Shown here one piece after another: positions 1 to 13,195 of a stretch of DNA of 64,000 bases. Origin of the DNA: Felis catus (taxonomy: Eukaryota); NCBI RefSeq assembly GCF_018350175.1, contig NC_058368.1:122390001-122454000 (forward strand), written 5' to 3'. The stretch's first letter is position 1; every line of letters starts with the position of its first letter. Position numbers and translations under genes: made by a program. The notes under the pieces were generated by a model that was given only the letters and a program-made list of their open reading frames with translations, made no database searches and had not been told where the DNA came from.

Positions 1-989
1 GAAGCATCTTTTCCTTTACTGCCAAGTGCCACTATTTAAGCCTCTGTTATTGTTTCCATGTAAAATAACAAATATTATCAAAGATAAATCGCTTATTTTT
101 TCTTTTTAAAATACTGTCGTCAAAGACTTGTGCACCGACACCCACAGAAGAAAGACATTTCTTGCATCTCCTTGATAGAGGAGCTTTGAAAGGAGAACTG
201 TTGATAATGGGGAATGGTTCACTCCACCCCACGACTGGCCCTTACATATGAACGTTGCATTTCTCCATTTGTGTCCCCTCCAATTTTGCGTTTCCAGGTG
301 GCTGATTTCTTGCAGCCAGGAAAATACTAATTTGCATTAACTAGCTCCCAGCAAATTTCTGTCCTTAAATGCTCTCAAATCTGCCCCTTGTATCCATCCC
401 AGCAGCTACTGTCCCAATGCAAGGCTCCCATCCAGATTACTGCAATAGACTTCGCACCATTTCCCCTCTGTCTTATTTCTCCCTTTTCCAGTTTCTACAC
501 CTTACTGCTCCAGAACTTTCTCTTAAAAGGCAAATCTGATGATCACATCACTTTCCTATGTAAAGCCTCTCCTGGCCGTCCATTATCCTCAGAATAAAAT
601 TCCGGCATCATGGCCGAGTTACTCAAGACCCTTTTGTCATCTGGCCTTGACACAGGGACAGCCACAGGCCTGGCCACCCCTGTCGGATACCCCTACGTCA
701 CTCTTCTAGTTCATGGCACTTATAATATTGGATTTCTGACAAAATAGAATGGGGCCACGTTTTGAACGGAAAATTTTTTAATAAAAGCAGTTATTTATCC
801 CTATATTTTTAAAAGTTTTTCTTTTCACATATAGTGCTTTAGAGTCCCTGTCATAGTTTCTATGACAATAGGAGGTAGGAATCCAACTTTATTGCTTTTA
901 ATATGATTAACTAGTTGAACCAATGGCATTTAACCAACTAATATCCTTAAGGTGGTCATTGTCAATTTCTGGAATATTATACCTACAAA

Positions 990-1620
990 AAAGCTTAGAA
1001 ATGTCTTTTGTGGGTATGCAAAAGCTTTATAAAATTTGATCCTACCCAACTTTTCTGTGTATAAAGGATTTCTTAAACAAGACACAAAGAGCACAAGCCA
1101 AAAAGAAAAAAACATGATAGATTTATCAAACTTCGTTGGAAGAATCTATAAACAAAATGAAAAGATCAGCTGTAGACTGGAAATACACATTTACCACACA
1201 TGTATTTATTTGACAAAGCACTGATACCTAGGCTATCTAAAGAACCCAATTAAAAAAGACAAAATAAACCAGAAATAAGGGGAAAGCTTTTGAACAGACT
1301 ATTCACATGAGAGGAAATCTAATCAATCTGTTAAAAATATCAAATTTTCTTAGTAATCAAATATGTATAATAAAAACACAATAAATATGTACTATACACT
1401 TAAAACTTTGTTAAGAGTGTAGACTTCACGTTGTGTGTGTTGTTTACTAAAATGAACAGTAACGACAAACAATGAAAAGCAGCATCAAATGCCCCAGAAT
1501 GGCTAATAAAAGGTCTGTAGATACCAACTTTGGTGAGGACAGGGACATGGTAACCCTCGTTATCCCCACTGCTTGTGGGAACACAGATGGGAATAGCTAC
1601 TTTGGTAAAGATATTTTTTG
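990..1620 (+). mobile_element. Old L1 fragment(s) (ORF2 3' part plus a short L1MA-like 3' end at ~1390-1452)
   Basis: A-rich decayed L1-like text (tatttgacaaagcactgata..., tgaacagactattcaca); tactatacacttaaaactttgttaagagtgtagac resembles an L1MA9-type terminus. Confidence 0.55.
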
Positions 1621-2639
1621 CCTTAATGGACCATTTTTGGGGCCCTGGGACTATGAATCTGGTTTAGGGTTTTTGAATCCAGAGTAAGATCCCATGGGCA
1701 ATGCATGGGATAGAAAAGCTATATCCAGAGGTAAAGCAGGGGTCCAATATAAAGAGCTGTCCCAGAAAAGCATCAACACAGAAGGTTCTACAGGGGGCCC
1801 AGGACCAGCTATAGGGCGACATGTCTGGGAAAGTGGACCGAGGGACAGAACTAGAAAGTTCCCAGCAAAGAATCAGACAAGTCCCAAGGTTGTCTCATGC
1901 AGGACCATTCATGCAGGACAACATGAACGTGTCTGCAGCCACTCCCAGGGGTGGTGGTGGAGGGGGTGGGGGTGGGTGTGAAGCCAATCTCAAGTCATCA
2001 GGAAATTCCTGTATACCAGATCCAGAACTTTCACACCTTCAAGTTGGGGAAGGAAGTTAGTATTTTTCCAAAGTCCCACAGCCAGAAAGCTGTGGAGCCA
2101 GGATCACAGCCATGCTTCGCTCCTGGTTTAAATACTCGTCACTTTGTTTCAAAAACTAGTCTTGCCCATCTTCTCTTTTCTCTTTCATGCAGGACCATAA
2201 GTAAACTACAGCCCAGGTATTTTATCCAGCATTGTTTCCACAGACTCACACAGCTTAATGCTCTTGACAGTGCTCTGAAAAGCTTGGACATCCCAAAGCA
2301 TTTTACAGTGAAAAAACAACACAAAAAAGAACCAGAGAAATGAAGGTAGAGACTTGAGTTCAGGATCCCCAGGTAAGGCAGCAGGGGCGCTCAGAAGACT
2401 CACTGGCCTTCAGAAGCAAACTCTGCCTCATACTGCCCTCTGGTGGATTGCAGTAAGAACGTCTCTGCTCAGCACTGACCGTAAGATCAAGGTGAACTTG
2501 AAAGTGTTAAATTTAAAGAATGGGGAGGAAAAAGCCTTCTATTCAAATTCACATCATCTCTGGAGAGCTTTATAGCTATACACCCTTTGATCACTATGAC
2601 TATTGCCCCAAGGAAAATGGTAACTTGTTAGACATCGAT

Positions 2640-2860
2640 AACATGAGCACACAGCAAAACCACAGGTTAGGTCCCAGCTCTGGAACTCTGGAGATACTAC
2701 CCAATCTCTCCAAGACTCATTTTACTCATCTACAAAATGGACATAATAATAGGACGTCCCTTATAGGGTATTGTGAGTAATTAAAGAAGAAAATCTATGT
2801 AAGAATCCTTTAAAAAATGTTGGGTATGTAAGAGCTCAATATAACAGCTATTCTTACTTT
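2640..2860 (+). mobile_element. MIR
   Basis: MIR core-like ctcattttactcatctacaaaatggacataataatag...ttgtgag. Confidence 0.6.
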
Positions 2861-3074
2861 TTTTGGTCACTTCTATTATTACCATCTTGATAAATTTGCA
2901 GAAAAAGAAACTCGCAGGCACATGAATAAAATCTTGATAGAGAAACTATCAAAGGAATTGTCTTAGAATGGTACAATTATGTACTTTTATTGACATGTTC
3001 TAGGACTTCTGTACACTGGGTGAATTACCCAGGTAAGGTATATTTACCTTAATGATCATGCCTCACTTAAAAAT

Positions 3075-3283
3075 TATTTTAATGTTTATTTATTTTTGAG
3101 AGAGAGAAAGAGGACAGGTTGGGGAGGGGCAGGTAGAGGGAGACACAAAATCCAAAGCAGGCTCCAGGCTCCGAGCTGTCAGTACAGAGCCCGATGTGGG
3201 GCTCGAACTCACCTACTGAGAGATCTTGACCTGAACCGAAGTCAGACGCTTAACTGAGTACAACTGAACCACCCAGGCACCTC
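3075..3283 (-). mobile_element. CanSINE (SINEC, felid type)
   Basis: Reverse-complement CanSINE: tttattt tail, GA-rich tract, ggggctcgaactc B-box, cacccaggcacc head. Confidence 0.95.
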
Positions 3284-3509
3284 TGTTCACACCTTACTTT
3301 TAAAAAACACCCTAAATCTTTTCTCACTATTGATTTTTCATTCCTGTCCTTTCTCATTCAGTGACAGCTGAATAATAACTAAAGCAGAGGAGTCATTTGC
3401 TTTATGCCTTACTTTTGGAGACAGAATGCCTAATTTGAAGACCCTCAGGAGAATCACAGTTTAGGCTGCAGGATGTGCCCTGTGGGGGGCATTCTAAGCC
3501 TTTGCCCTC

Positions 3510-3875
3510 TTGTTATTTAGCTGCTGTAGAAAAGCCAACCCACGTTAAAACAATAATAATTTCCTAGTCCTGCTGATTTGGGGGTTGGCTAGGAAGTTCA
3601 TCTGATCCATTGGCCTACAGTGGCCTTGCTCACCTGGCCGAGCCCCTCCTTCCACATGTCACTCATCTCCTAACAGGGAGTAGGGGGCTTGTTACCTGGT
3701 AGCTAAGCATCTCAGCAGCACTTTTCAAGCCCTTGCTCTTGGCACATAGGCTAGATAACGCCTGTTAGCCAAAGCCAGTCACATGGGCACACCTCTTGTT
3801 CAGACGAGCAGCAGTCATACTGCAAAAGGATGTACCCGCGAGCATAGTGGCCATTTGTTTTGCCATCTACCACAC
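3510..3875. mobile_element. MLT1-type MaLR LTR relic
   Basis: ttagccaaagccagtcacatgg and terminal gccatctaccaca are typical MLT1 motifs. Confidence 0.6.
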
Positions 3876-4029
3876 TTGATTCTCAAAAACGTGCCAATCA
3901 ACAACAAGCAAACAGCCTCAGTAATAGTAGCTGATGTATATTGTTTTTCAGGTGTCACGCTTCAATGCCACGGAAACCAGGTCAATACCAGAGGTGAGGG
4001 AAGGTTTTGGGGAGGGGACTATGGCAAAA

Positions 4030-4285
4030 TGTAGCTCACGTGCCCATTTTGCTGCTCAACTCCATTCAACTGCTGTCATTGGAAATGTAGGCTCCATGTT
4101 TCTAGATATTCTGGGTTTTTCAGGAGATGGCAATAACCTGAAGTCTTATATAAAATCTCCTGATATTTAAATGCCGACAACTAATTTACTTTCTTAAACT
4201 TTGTGCAGGAAGAAGCAGACTCTTTGTAGGGGGGTGGGCGGGGTAGTGCATTGGAAGACCAGTTTGAGTCCTCTGGCTCACTCAC
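4030..4285. mobile_element. MER102-like hAT-Charlie DNA transposon relic
   Basis: ggaaatgtaggctcc...tttttcaggaga...aaatctcctgatatttaaatgccgacaactaattt resembles MER102. Confidence 0.6.
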
Positions 4286-4433
4286 CCGGGAACTGAGTGA
4301 TTTCTGTCAATATGGATATGGGAGCACCATCTTCTTTTTAAAATGTATCACGCGTACAGTGGGAGGAACCCAGAGGAACAGCTGTATTTTCTGGGAAGAG
4401 GGGGAAAAGTGCCCAAGAATGAATGGAGCTTTT

Positions 4434-4643
4434 TTTTTTTTTATTTTTTATGTTTATTTTTGAAAGAGGGTGGAAGGGGTAGAGAGAGAGAGAGAGAGAG
4501 AGAGGGAGATACAGAATCTGAAGCAGGTCCCAGGCTCTGAGCAGTTTGCACAGAGCCCAACACAGGGCGCCAACTCACGAACTGAGAGATCCTGACCTGA
4601 GCTGAAGTCAGATGCTTCACTGACTGAGCCACCCAGGTGCCTC
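4434..4643 (-). mobile_element. CanSINE
   Basis: Full SINE with perfect TSD atgaatggagctttt (4419-4433 / 4644-4658). Confidence 0.97.
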
Positions 4644-5904
4644 ATGAATGGAGCTTTTAATGTTCAAGCTTCTGTGGCGTTTGCTAGAGGAGGCAATAGG
4701 TCGCAGTTCTGAAGTGTGGGTATTTTAGGGTGAGATGGACCAGCTCTGCTGATGAGCGTGCTCCCTGCCTTTACTTGTTAATTTCAAATCTCTTTCAAGA
4801 ACTCAGAAGCACATCCCAGAAAGCCAGACTGCCAGGATTGAATCCCAGCTTTGCACTTACCAGCTGTGTGAATTTGCTATTCTCACTGCCTCATCCATGT
4901 TAAAAGAGCACTTTGTGTATAGAGCTACAAGGCAATTTTTCCCCGTGACAAATGCGTTGTATGCACATCTGCTGTCTTCAATACACCATGATCACCTAAT
5001 AATATTAGCAATATTCGAAGATATTTATAGAGATTTTATCTGATCCTTCACCTTGTGAGATGAGCAGTTTATATGTACTGTATCAATGAATGTTCTCAAC
5101 AACTGTAGGACAACTGGCACCCAGTTCATACAGTTAGTAAATCATCATTTGAACTAAGACAGACTGTGGACAGGGTCACTCAAACTGGGATCTGCAAGCC
5201 CTTGGTGGTGCCCAGAGATATACTTTTGAGGTCTTCAAGTTCGTCTCTAATTTTTTTTTTAACTTGGCGTTTGTCTTGGTATCTTAAAACACTATGAGCG
5301 CTTCTGGAATATCCAGATGACCACTTTCTAAGCAAGTACGACTGCATGAGTTCAGTACCTGCATTCATATCTGTGCTTATGCTCACATTGGCCCTTGGTG
5401 GCATATTTCATTTGTCACAGGCCAATGAGAAAAGAATAGACGAAGGCAATATGTCACTGCCATGCTCAAGGCATGTGAAGGCCAAGTGATCATCACAAAC
5501 AAAAGTGTCATGGTACTTTTAATGGAGAAAAGTGGTAGTACTGAGGCATCATGGCCCACAGTAGGCATGCCCCGTCGAAAAGAATTCCCGCCACAGAAGC
5601 ACTGCCAGATCCCTGCTGTGAATGGCAGTTTAATTTCAGTAAAACAAGATTCATTTTTCCCATTAAATTGTGTTAATTTGAAATTTTTTGGTTTTAGTCT
5701 TTGTTTAATCTACAAATATATTTGATTTGATAGTTTTATACAAACTATAGGTATAACATATACTTAGATTTATATTTTGACTTAAAATGAGCAACTTTAT
5801 GATAAAAACAAATTAAATAAACCAGCTGACTGTAAGTTTTTTGTTTTGTTTTGTGCTTCATTTAAAGAGTCAGCACATTCCTCAACTGTGAGAACACGGT
5901 ATTA

Positions 5905-6140
5905 TACTACAGTGTGCTTAAGGGTAGGAATATAATGGAATGGTTTAGAGTATGGGCCCAAGTCATGCTGCATAGGACTGAGGCTCAAACTAAGACCTGT
6001 TAGCGTTGTGACTTTGGGCAAGTCACTTCTCCCTAAGATTCGATTTCATAGCTGATTAAAGAAGAAAAATAGGGTGTCTGTGAGAACAAAATGAGATAAT
6101 ATAAGGAGGAGTTGGCAACAACCTTGGCACAAGAGAACTG
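5905..6140 (+). mobile_element. MIR
   Basis: tgtgactttgggcaagtcactt...tgtgagaacaaaatgagataat MIR core. Confidence 0.65.
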
Positions 6141-6586
6141 CCTAGAGCTAATGACATGAACAACCGTACATATGGAGACAATTCTTGCCCAATGAACAAA
6201 TGCATTCATCTGCAGACTTTGATATACAGCTTCCCTGGCTGTGATTCTGAGCCGAGAACTTACTAGCTGGAGGGAGAGAATTTACTCCTGATACATGCAG
6301 CTATTTAATTTCTGAATGCATCTTCCTTTAATCTTAAAGAGTAACTTTCAAATATCTGGGACAGCTTCCAATCAGGCAATTAGATTGGTTTCCCAGAATT
6401 TGTTTCTTATTTCCAACCAAATGCCTTTTTTTTTTAAAACCTATCTTCTCCTCATATGCCTGTGGTCCAATATATAGGAAATTTCCTGCAGAGAGTGCTT
6501 TATTTCACTAGGGAGCTAGCATCTTGCTGAGCCATGGTTTGGCAAATCACTTGGAATAATTTCAACGGAAGAAAGGTAGTATTTTT

Positions 6587-6805
6587 TTTTAAATTTTTTT
6601 CAACGTTTTTATTTATTTTTGGGACAGAGAGAGACAGAGCATGAACGGGGGAGGGGCAGAGAGAGAGGGAGACACAGAATCGGAAGCAGGCTCCAGGCTC
6701 CGAGCCATCAGCCCAGAGCCTGACGCGGGGCTCGAACTCACGGACCGCGAGATCGTGACCTGGCTGAAGTCGGACGCTCAACCGACTGCGCCACCCAGGC
6801 GCCCC
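6587..6805 (-). mobile_element. Young felid CanSINE
   Basis: CpG-rich near-consensus copy; perfect TSD agaaaggtagtattttt on both sides. Confidence 0.97.
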
Positions 6806-7212
6806 AGAAAGGTAGTATTTTTAAGAAAGAATGTAGTTCTTAAATATCCTGAATATCCAATTGAGACTTGATGACATCTTAAATAATTATGTAATAACAT
6901 TAATCACTATGCCAATAGACAATGCCTTAAGTGAAAGAAACCTGGCCATTTGCAGCCAGTGCTGTTCAGTAAAGAGAACATACGTTTCAGTATCAGTGTC
7001 AGATTTGAATTCTAGCTTGACTGTTCATAGAGTGAACCTGAAAAATTGTCTTTACTTCTTTCTCTTTTAATAGCCTCTACTTCCAACTGAGAAAGAATAT
7101 TATTTTGATAGCATGAGTTTTAGCAATTTCTACTCCTTTTATTTCTATCTTCCCATCAGGGCCTTCTTACCTAAAAGCCTGTTATAATTACTATAATTAT
7201 TGTCATGGTACA

Positions 7213-7990
7213 TTTCATTCATTCATTTATTCGTTCAGCAAATAATTATTGAGAGACTACTATTTGCCATGTAGTCTCATAGCTAGGGGGGATTTAGTGG
7301 TAGGAAAAGAAGACAAGTTGTCTGCTCTCAAGGAAGTTAGAAAAGAAGTGCAGAAACAAATACTTGAGCAAGAATGTTTCAAATTTGAATGACTGTTAAG
7401 CATGGTACTATGATGATAATAAAGCAAGCCCATAGATGGTGAACGGGGCCTCTGCTGGAGGGCTACTTTAATCAGGATGGAAAGTTCTTTCTAATCAGGG
7501 GAGTCAAGAGCTGAAGAATGAGGGGCAGTTGGCTGTGTGAGGACCTGAGGAAAGAGATCCTAGGCAGAAGGAACCACAATGACAAAAACTATGGATGGTA
7601 AAGGAGCTTGGGCAGATTTGAGGATCAGTCAACAGGCTGATGTGGCTGAGACACATCACACAGAGGAGCAGGCAGAAGAAGACAGCAGTGAGCCAGAGCA
7701 CAACAAATCTAGTAAACCATGGTAGACTTTGGATTTCATTCCAAGTGAGGTAGGAAACCACTGAAGGATTCTAATCAGGGGAGTGATGGGATTTGGTTGC
7801 TATGTGGAGAACACAGTGTAAGGAATGCAGAGAGGGAGACCAGTGACAGACTATTATTATAGTCCACGTGACAGATGCCAATGGCTTAGACTGAGGTTAC
7901 ACAAAAAGAGATGGAGAGAACAGAGTTAGAGGGAAGTCAATGGGTTGAGTACATGTTTTAGAAGTAGAATGAAGATACCTATTACAATAT
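7213..7990 (-). mobile_element. L2 3' region
   Basis: ttcattcattcatttattc...aaataattattgag...tactat L2 terminus, followed by L2-type purine-rich body. Confidence 0.75.
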
Positions 7991-8277
7991 ATTGGCTCTT
8001 TGGTGTCTTTAGTTTTTTTGGGTTTTTTAATGGAAATCAGGATTATAATTCCCTGTTGTTTTCACCTACTTTATTGAGACCCCAAAGAATTGTAATAAAT
8101 TGTCTGACTCTCTTGGGGCAGAGGGCTAAAATGTACATCATCCAACAAGCCAATACTTCTGTCCAGAGTTCTGAAACTTTGCTCCTGCTCTCTAGGAGCT
8201 TGCATGCTAAAACAGAGCATATTCATAGAAAGGAAAAATGGACTGAGCAGGTTGGCCACATAAAGTTTTCATTACAA

Positions 8278-8480
8278 GGGGAACCTGGATGGCTCAGTCG
8301 GTTGAGCATCTGACTTTGGCTCAGGTCATGATCTCATGGTCCATGGGTTCAAGCCCTGTATCAGGCTCTGTGCTGACAGCTCAGAGCCTGGAGCCTGCTT
8401 CAGATTCTGTGTCTCCCTCTCTCTCTGTCTCTCCCCTCCTCTCTCTCTCTCTCTCAAAAATAAATAAACATTAAAAAAAT
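8278..8480 (+). mobile_element. CanSINE
   Basis: Head, CT tract and aataaa tail; TSD taaagtttt(c/a)attacaa. Confidence 0.96.
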
Positions 8481-11164
8481 TAAAGTTTTAATTACAAAAA
8501 AATCTGTATTTGTTCAGGTTTTGCTGTGTGGAATTTGTGGACCATGTCTTTTGGGGCAATTATATTGATAGAAATCGCCTTCTGTGTACTCTGGAAGATT
8601 CCAGTTTCCTTGGTTTTTTTTTAATAGTGTGTGTGCATGTGTATGCATATGTGGTTTAAATCAGTAGGGCAAATATTAGTAAACAATTGGAGCCTGAACT
8701 GGCCTGTTGGGAAGGGAAGGTGTTGGGTTGAAAGCAGCATAAAAGGAGCTAATACATGACAGCTGTACCCAAAAAACATGATTCACAAAAGACATTTTTA
8801 CAAATTTTCTCAAAAGAGTCTCAAATCCACCCTATAAATCAGTTGCTCCCAATCTCTTCTCATTATGGAACAGAGAAAATCAAGATATTTACATAGGATG
8901 TTAGAGTAAGCTGAGAGATATTTGAGAGTATATGGGCTTAGGGAATTTTTATTACATCCTATTTGTATCATTACAAAAATAAAATTAAAGTATTACAGAT
9001 TTCTATAAATATTTACTTTGTAAAACTTCCAGATAATGGCTTGAAACAATTCTTGATTAAGGCTTTTTGAATGATGACCTCTTCAAATTCAAGTTAGACA
9101 TTATTCATAAAACACCTATTTCCTCAAGTACATTATTTAAAAGTGAACATAATTTTCACCATTCAAATATTTGCAAAAATTGATTTTTTGTAAATATACT
9201 ACGAGTTCCCCTATCTTTTTTGACACACATCATGATAATGAAAACAGATTTTTTACCTTATTATTTTTTTCATATCAAATGTTTCAAAGAGTGATGGAAT
9301 CTCCATTTCTTAAATTCACATGCTTGGTTACAGAAGTTCAGAAGCTAGTCTGGATAACACTGAAGGTGCACATTCTACTGTACAAGGAGAGACATACCTC
9401 ATGTATACAAAGACAGATTTTGACATCCAATTGCGATTGAATCACAAAGGTCCCCAAGTCCAGCTTTCCAGTCCTCCTATCCCCACTGGCCATATTGTGG
9501 GCACTGTGCAATGCTCTTTGGACAACTAAAACAGGAAACTCTCTGGCAACTCTATTTGCTCTTTGTCTACAATGGGAAGTTGTGCCAAGAGAAGGCAGCC
9601 ACGAATGAGAGGCAACAAATTGTAGGGTCTCCTCCACCTGAGAATTGATTCAGCTGCCTTGAGGAGTGGGAGTGGCGAAGGGAATACACTTTGATGTGAC
9701 CAAAAACTATATGGCTATATTCAAAAGTGTCACAGAGCACTGGTTGGGACGTGAAGTTATAAACTATGTAAGGAAGATCCTGATGCAGATGAAGAAGCAG
9801 ATGTTCTCAGGACAGTGACATGCCTTGCTGACTGTCCCACAGTTTGAATGTAGCAGGTCAGGGACAAAATCTCTCTTATAACTGCACATTCTTTCTACTA
9901 CATCTCATTCCCTCTCCTGATGCAATAAGCTCTGTGGGAGGAGAATTAGAAAACTCAGCAGCACAGATCCCAAATGGTCTTTGGGGATTCCCATTTATAA
10001 GCACAAGTTTTCAGCTTTTACACACTGAATGAGAAACTATAAAGTTACATAATGCAAAAAATTATGCAAAACAGTTTACCTCTTCCCTTTTCAAAAGCAT
10101 CCATTTATCCTGCAGTGATGGAGTGGGGATTAACTATATTTTAGCTATTGGTTTTATAAGCTGAAGCGATGGATAAAAGTTTGCCATTATTCAGAATCCA
10201 GATGTCTATAAGCTATTGATTGTGGTAATTGTTTTGGTTCATAAAAATAAATTATTCTCCAGCTGACAGCCTTGCAAAGTCAGACTGTCATGGCAGTAGC
10301 CTGCCAGCTGCCTCCATACTTGGCTCTTATACAATCAGGAGGGGTAAGTTCCTGTGCCTGTTAGTGCCCAACAGATAGCTGAGACAGCAGAGCTGGTGAA
10401 TACATTCCAAGTGACTCCAGTGTTGTGCCCAAGCAAAGACACTAAGGTCCACTCGACAGCAAAGCATACTAGACTCTGTGAAACTGAAAGAAGTATGCTA
10501 AGAGTGGCATGTCAGAGCCCCTCCTCACCTCAATAAATGCAATTGCCCAGAAGCAACTATCCCTCACCTGCTACCAACCCCTCAGCAGTCTGCCTCCCAT
10601 GTGAATCTGCCTTCATAGAGTAATGCATAATCCTAAACCACCCCAGGATATACGAAATCTGTAGATGGGGAATGGGGTCAGGAGAGAATCAGAGGAGTCC
10701 GCTATTTGGGGAAAGTTGTGAGGGGGCTGCATGCTTACAGACAGCCTGCACATACCAGTATGGCTATAATGATTGTTAATGACCAGTGACTGTGTTTGGT
10801 TAATGCCAATGCCAGGCAACTGCTACATATTTTCAGCATTGTCCATAATAACATGTATTCAAATGATGCCAAGGGCCATGAAATACACAGAAGATATTTT
10901 CCTTGCCAAAACAGTTCTTTCATTATTATTTTATACTATCAATAAAATGCCTCATTTGGAACTTGTACTTATTTGTCAAGTATGTCACATGGCTTATCTC
11001 CTAATATTCTCACAAAAGTCTCATAAGGCAGGCATTAGAATGACTTCAATTTTAAAGGTGTAGGAACAGAGGAACAGAGAGATTAAGCAAGTTTTTCAGT
11101 CACATAGAGTATTAGTAGAGATATCAGGGCAAACCCAGGTAATCTAACTCCAGAGCAAAATGTA

Positions 11165-11166
<2 letters not shown>

Positions 11167-11208
<42 letters not shown>
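11167..11208. repeat. (TG)n microsatellite
   Basis: About 21 TG units. Confidence 0.98.
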
Positions 11209-11211
<3 letters not shown>

Positions 11212-11270
11212 AAGGTAAACAAGAACCCATAAAATAATAATATTTATTCATAAATCAAAAAAGAAAATAT

Positions 11271-11362
11271 GTTCTCTCTCCTCTCTCTGTCCCTCCCCCA
11301 CTCATGCTCTCTCTCTCTCTCTCTCAAAATAAATAAACATTTTGTTAAAAAAAAAAAAAAAG
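11271..11362 (+). mobile_element. 5'-truncated CanSINE (CT tract and tail only)
   Basis: ccctcccccactcatgctctctc...aaataaataaacat plus A tail. Confidence 0.85.
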
Positions 11363-11457
11363 GAAGTATAGAAGACAATGAAGTTCCCATCCAAATAAGA
11401 AATCTCTCTTATTCTCAAGAGAGAATAAGGGGATACTTTTTAGGAGACATAGGTTAA

Positions 11458-11825
11458 TGCTAAGGTCTGAATGTTTGTGTTCCCCCCAAATTCACATGTT
11501 CTAATTCTAAATTCTAACGCCCAGTGTGATGGTATTAGTAGGTGGGGCCTTTGGAAGGTGCTTAAGTCATGAGGGTGTAACCCCTCAAGAATGGGACTAG
11601 TGCCTTATCTCTCAGTAGTGAGATCCCTAGCTCCTTCCACCATGTGAACACATAGAAAGAAGGCACTGGCTATGAGCCAGAAAGAGGACTCTTAGCAGAA
11701 GACAATCATGGTGGCACCTTGATCTTGGACTTCCTAGACTCCAGAACTGAGACAATACATTTCTGTTAGTCATAAACTTCTCAGTCTGTGGTACTTTATT
11801 ATAGCATTCCAAATAAACTAGGACA
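11458..11825 (+). mobile_element. MLT1A-type MaLR solo LTR
   Basis: TG...CA termini (tgctaaggtctgaatgtttgtg ... aaactaggaca) with 5-bp TSD gttaa at 11453-11457 and 11826-11830. Confidence 0.88.
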
Positions 11826-12089
11826 GTTAATATTCATCGTTTTTTGTTTTTGTTTTTTGTTTTTTTTTTTGCCTAAGGGAAAGGTTCAATGTATACTGTG
11901 GACTTCAGTAACTCCTTGTTTGCTCAGAATAACTACTGAGCAGAGCACATTCACTGACTGTTTCATTCAGTAAGTATTCCTTATTAGGTACCTTCTATGT
12001 CCAAAGTATTGCAGTCAACAATGGGGATATAAAACTTGGAGCATACTCTTAAAGAATGGTCTAGAGGGGGAATTAAATTACTAGGTATT

Positions 12090-13195
12090 GTAATGTCCTG
12101 AAGCAGCATATAGGAGTAAATGTTTCCTTCATCTGTCCTTTGGTGGACCATTCTGAGAAATATTCTACAAGCTTCTCAGGGGTCTCCTACAAGGTGTAAC
12201 CTCAGCTCATCACAGTTAAGACAAATCAATAATCCCCTCTTCCGTTACCTTTCCCCTTTTCCAAGTTTCAGTCTTCCCAGTCTCCCTCTCCCCTACTCCT
12301 GTTCCCTAAGACCACTTCCCCCAAATAAACTGCCTTGTCTTATATTTTGCTTTCGAGGAGAACCCAGATGAGGCAGTTGGTATAAGAAATGGGCCTAGAA
12401 ATCAGACCCTTGACATGAAGATGGGATTCTAGAATTAGGTCACCCACCTGTCAGAAAACAGTCAGGACTCCTTTGCTGGTGGTGAGTGGATGGAGAGAAC
12501 TCCTGTCAGCAGCTGTTGCCTATTACTAAGACTTTCACCAATGACCTGGAAGTGAAGCTTTGACTCCCGTGGTAGTAGTACAGGTGAATGATACAGGGAC
12601 AATGGTAATCATACGTATTATGGAGTTAGCTGCTTTTTACTAAAGCCTTTCAAAGCTTTGAACAAAAAATTGACAGTCTCAGGCTAACCAACTATGAACT
12701 CAAGAAACACTGTGAAAGTTATTTGGGGTCCATAACAGAATTTCCTAAGATTCTTCTCCTTCAGCCACAGGACAGAAAATACTAAAAAGCAGACCTAGGA
12801 CTTAATAATAAGAGTAGCACAGCTACAAAGGAAATTATATATATAACAACATCTGGGGTACTGGTGTTGCTTCTAAAATACCATGTGTACATTGAACTAA
12901 AGTCCATCATATGTTATTGTGTCCCCTGACAACTAGAACGCATGAGTTGGAAACCAAAGATTGGAAATAGGATTACTCTTACCCAAACTGCTAGACGCCT
13001 ACTTGAATAATTTGTTTTCTATCCCAAATATTTAGGACTTTTTGAATTTGAACTTCAAATCCTTGAGTTGGGGACACTTCAACCACACTGTTCAGAGAAG
13101 TTTACACCAAATTTGAAGTTATAATCACCATCTGGTTATTTAGGACTTCTTAGGCCAAGCAAGCAAGAAATGGAGTTGCAGGGTTATTGATCCTG
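12090..13195 (+). mobile_element. ERVL relic: LTR16-like LTR 3' part (to ~12376) plus ERV16-like internal sequence
   Basis: cccaaataaac...ggagaacccagatgaggca, then gttggtataagaaatgggcctagaaatcagaccc...atgggattctagaa, typical of the LTR16/internal junction. Confidence 0.6.

Noticed and set aside
47..232. 61-aa minus-strand ORF at the window start
   Set aside because: No recognisable homology or splice context.
3016..3051. Two adjacent short inverted repeats (ctgggt...acccag; taaggta...tacctta)
   Set aside because: Arms of 6-7 bp are expected by chance in 64 kb.
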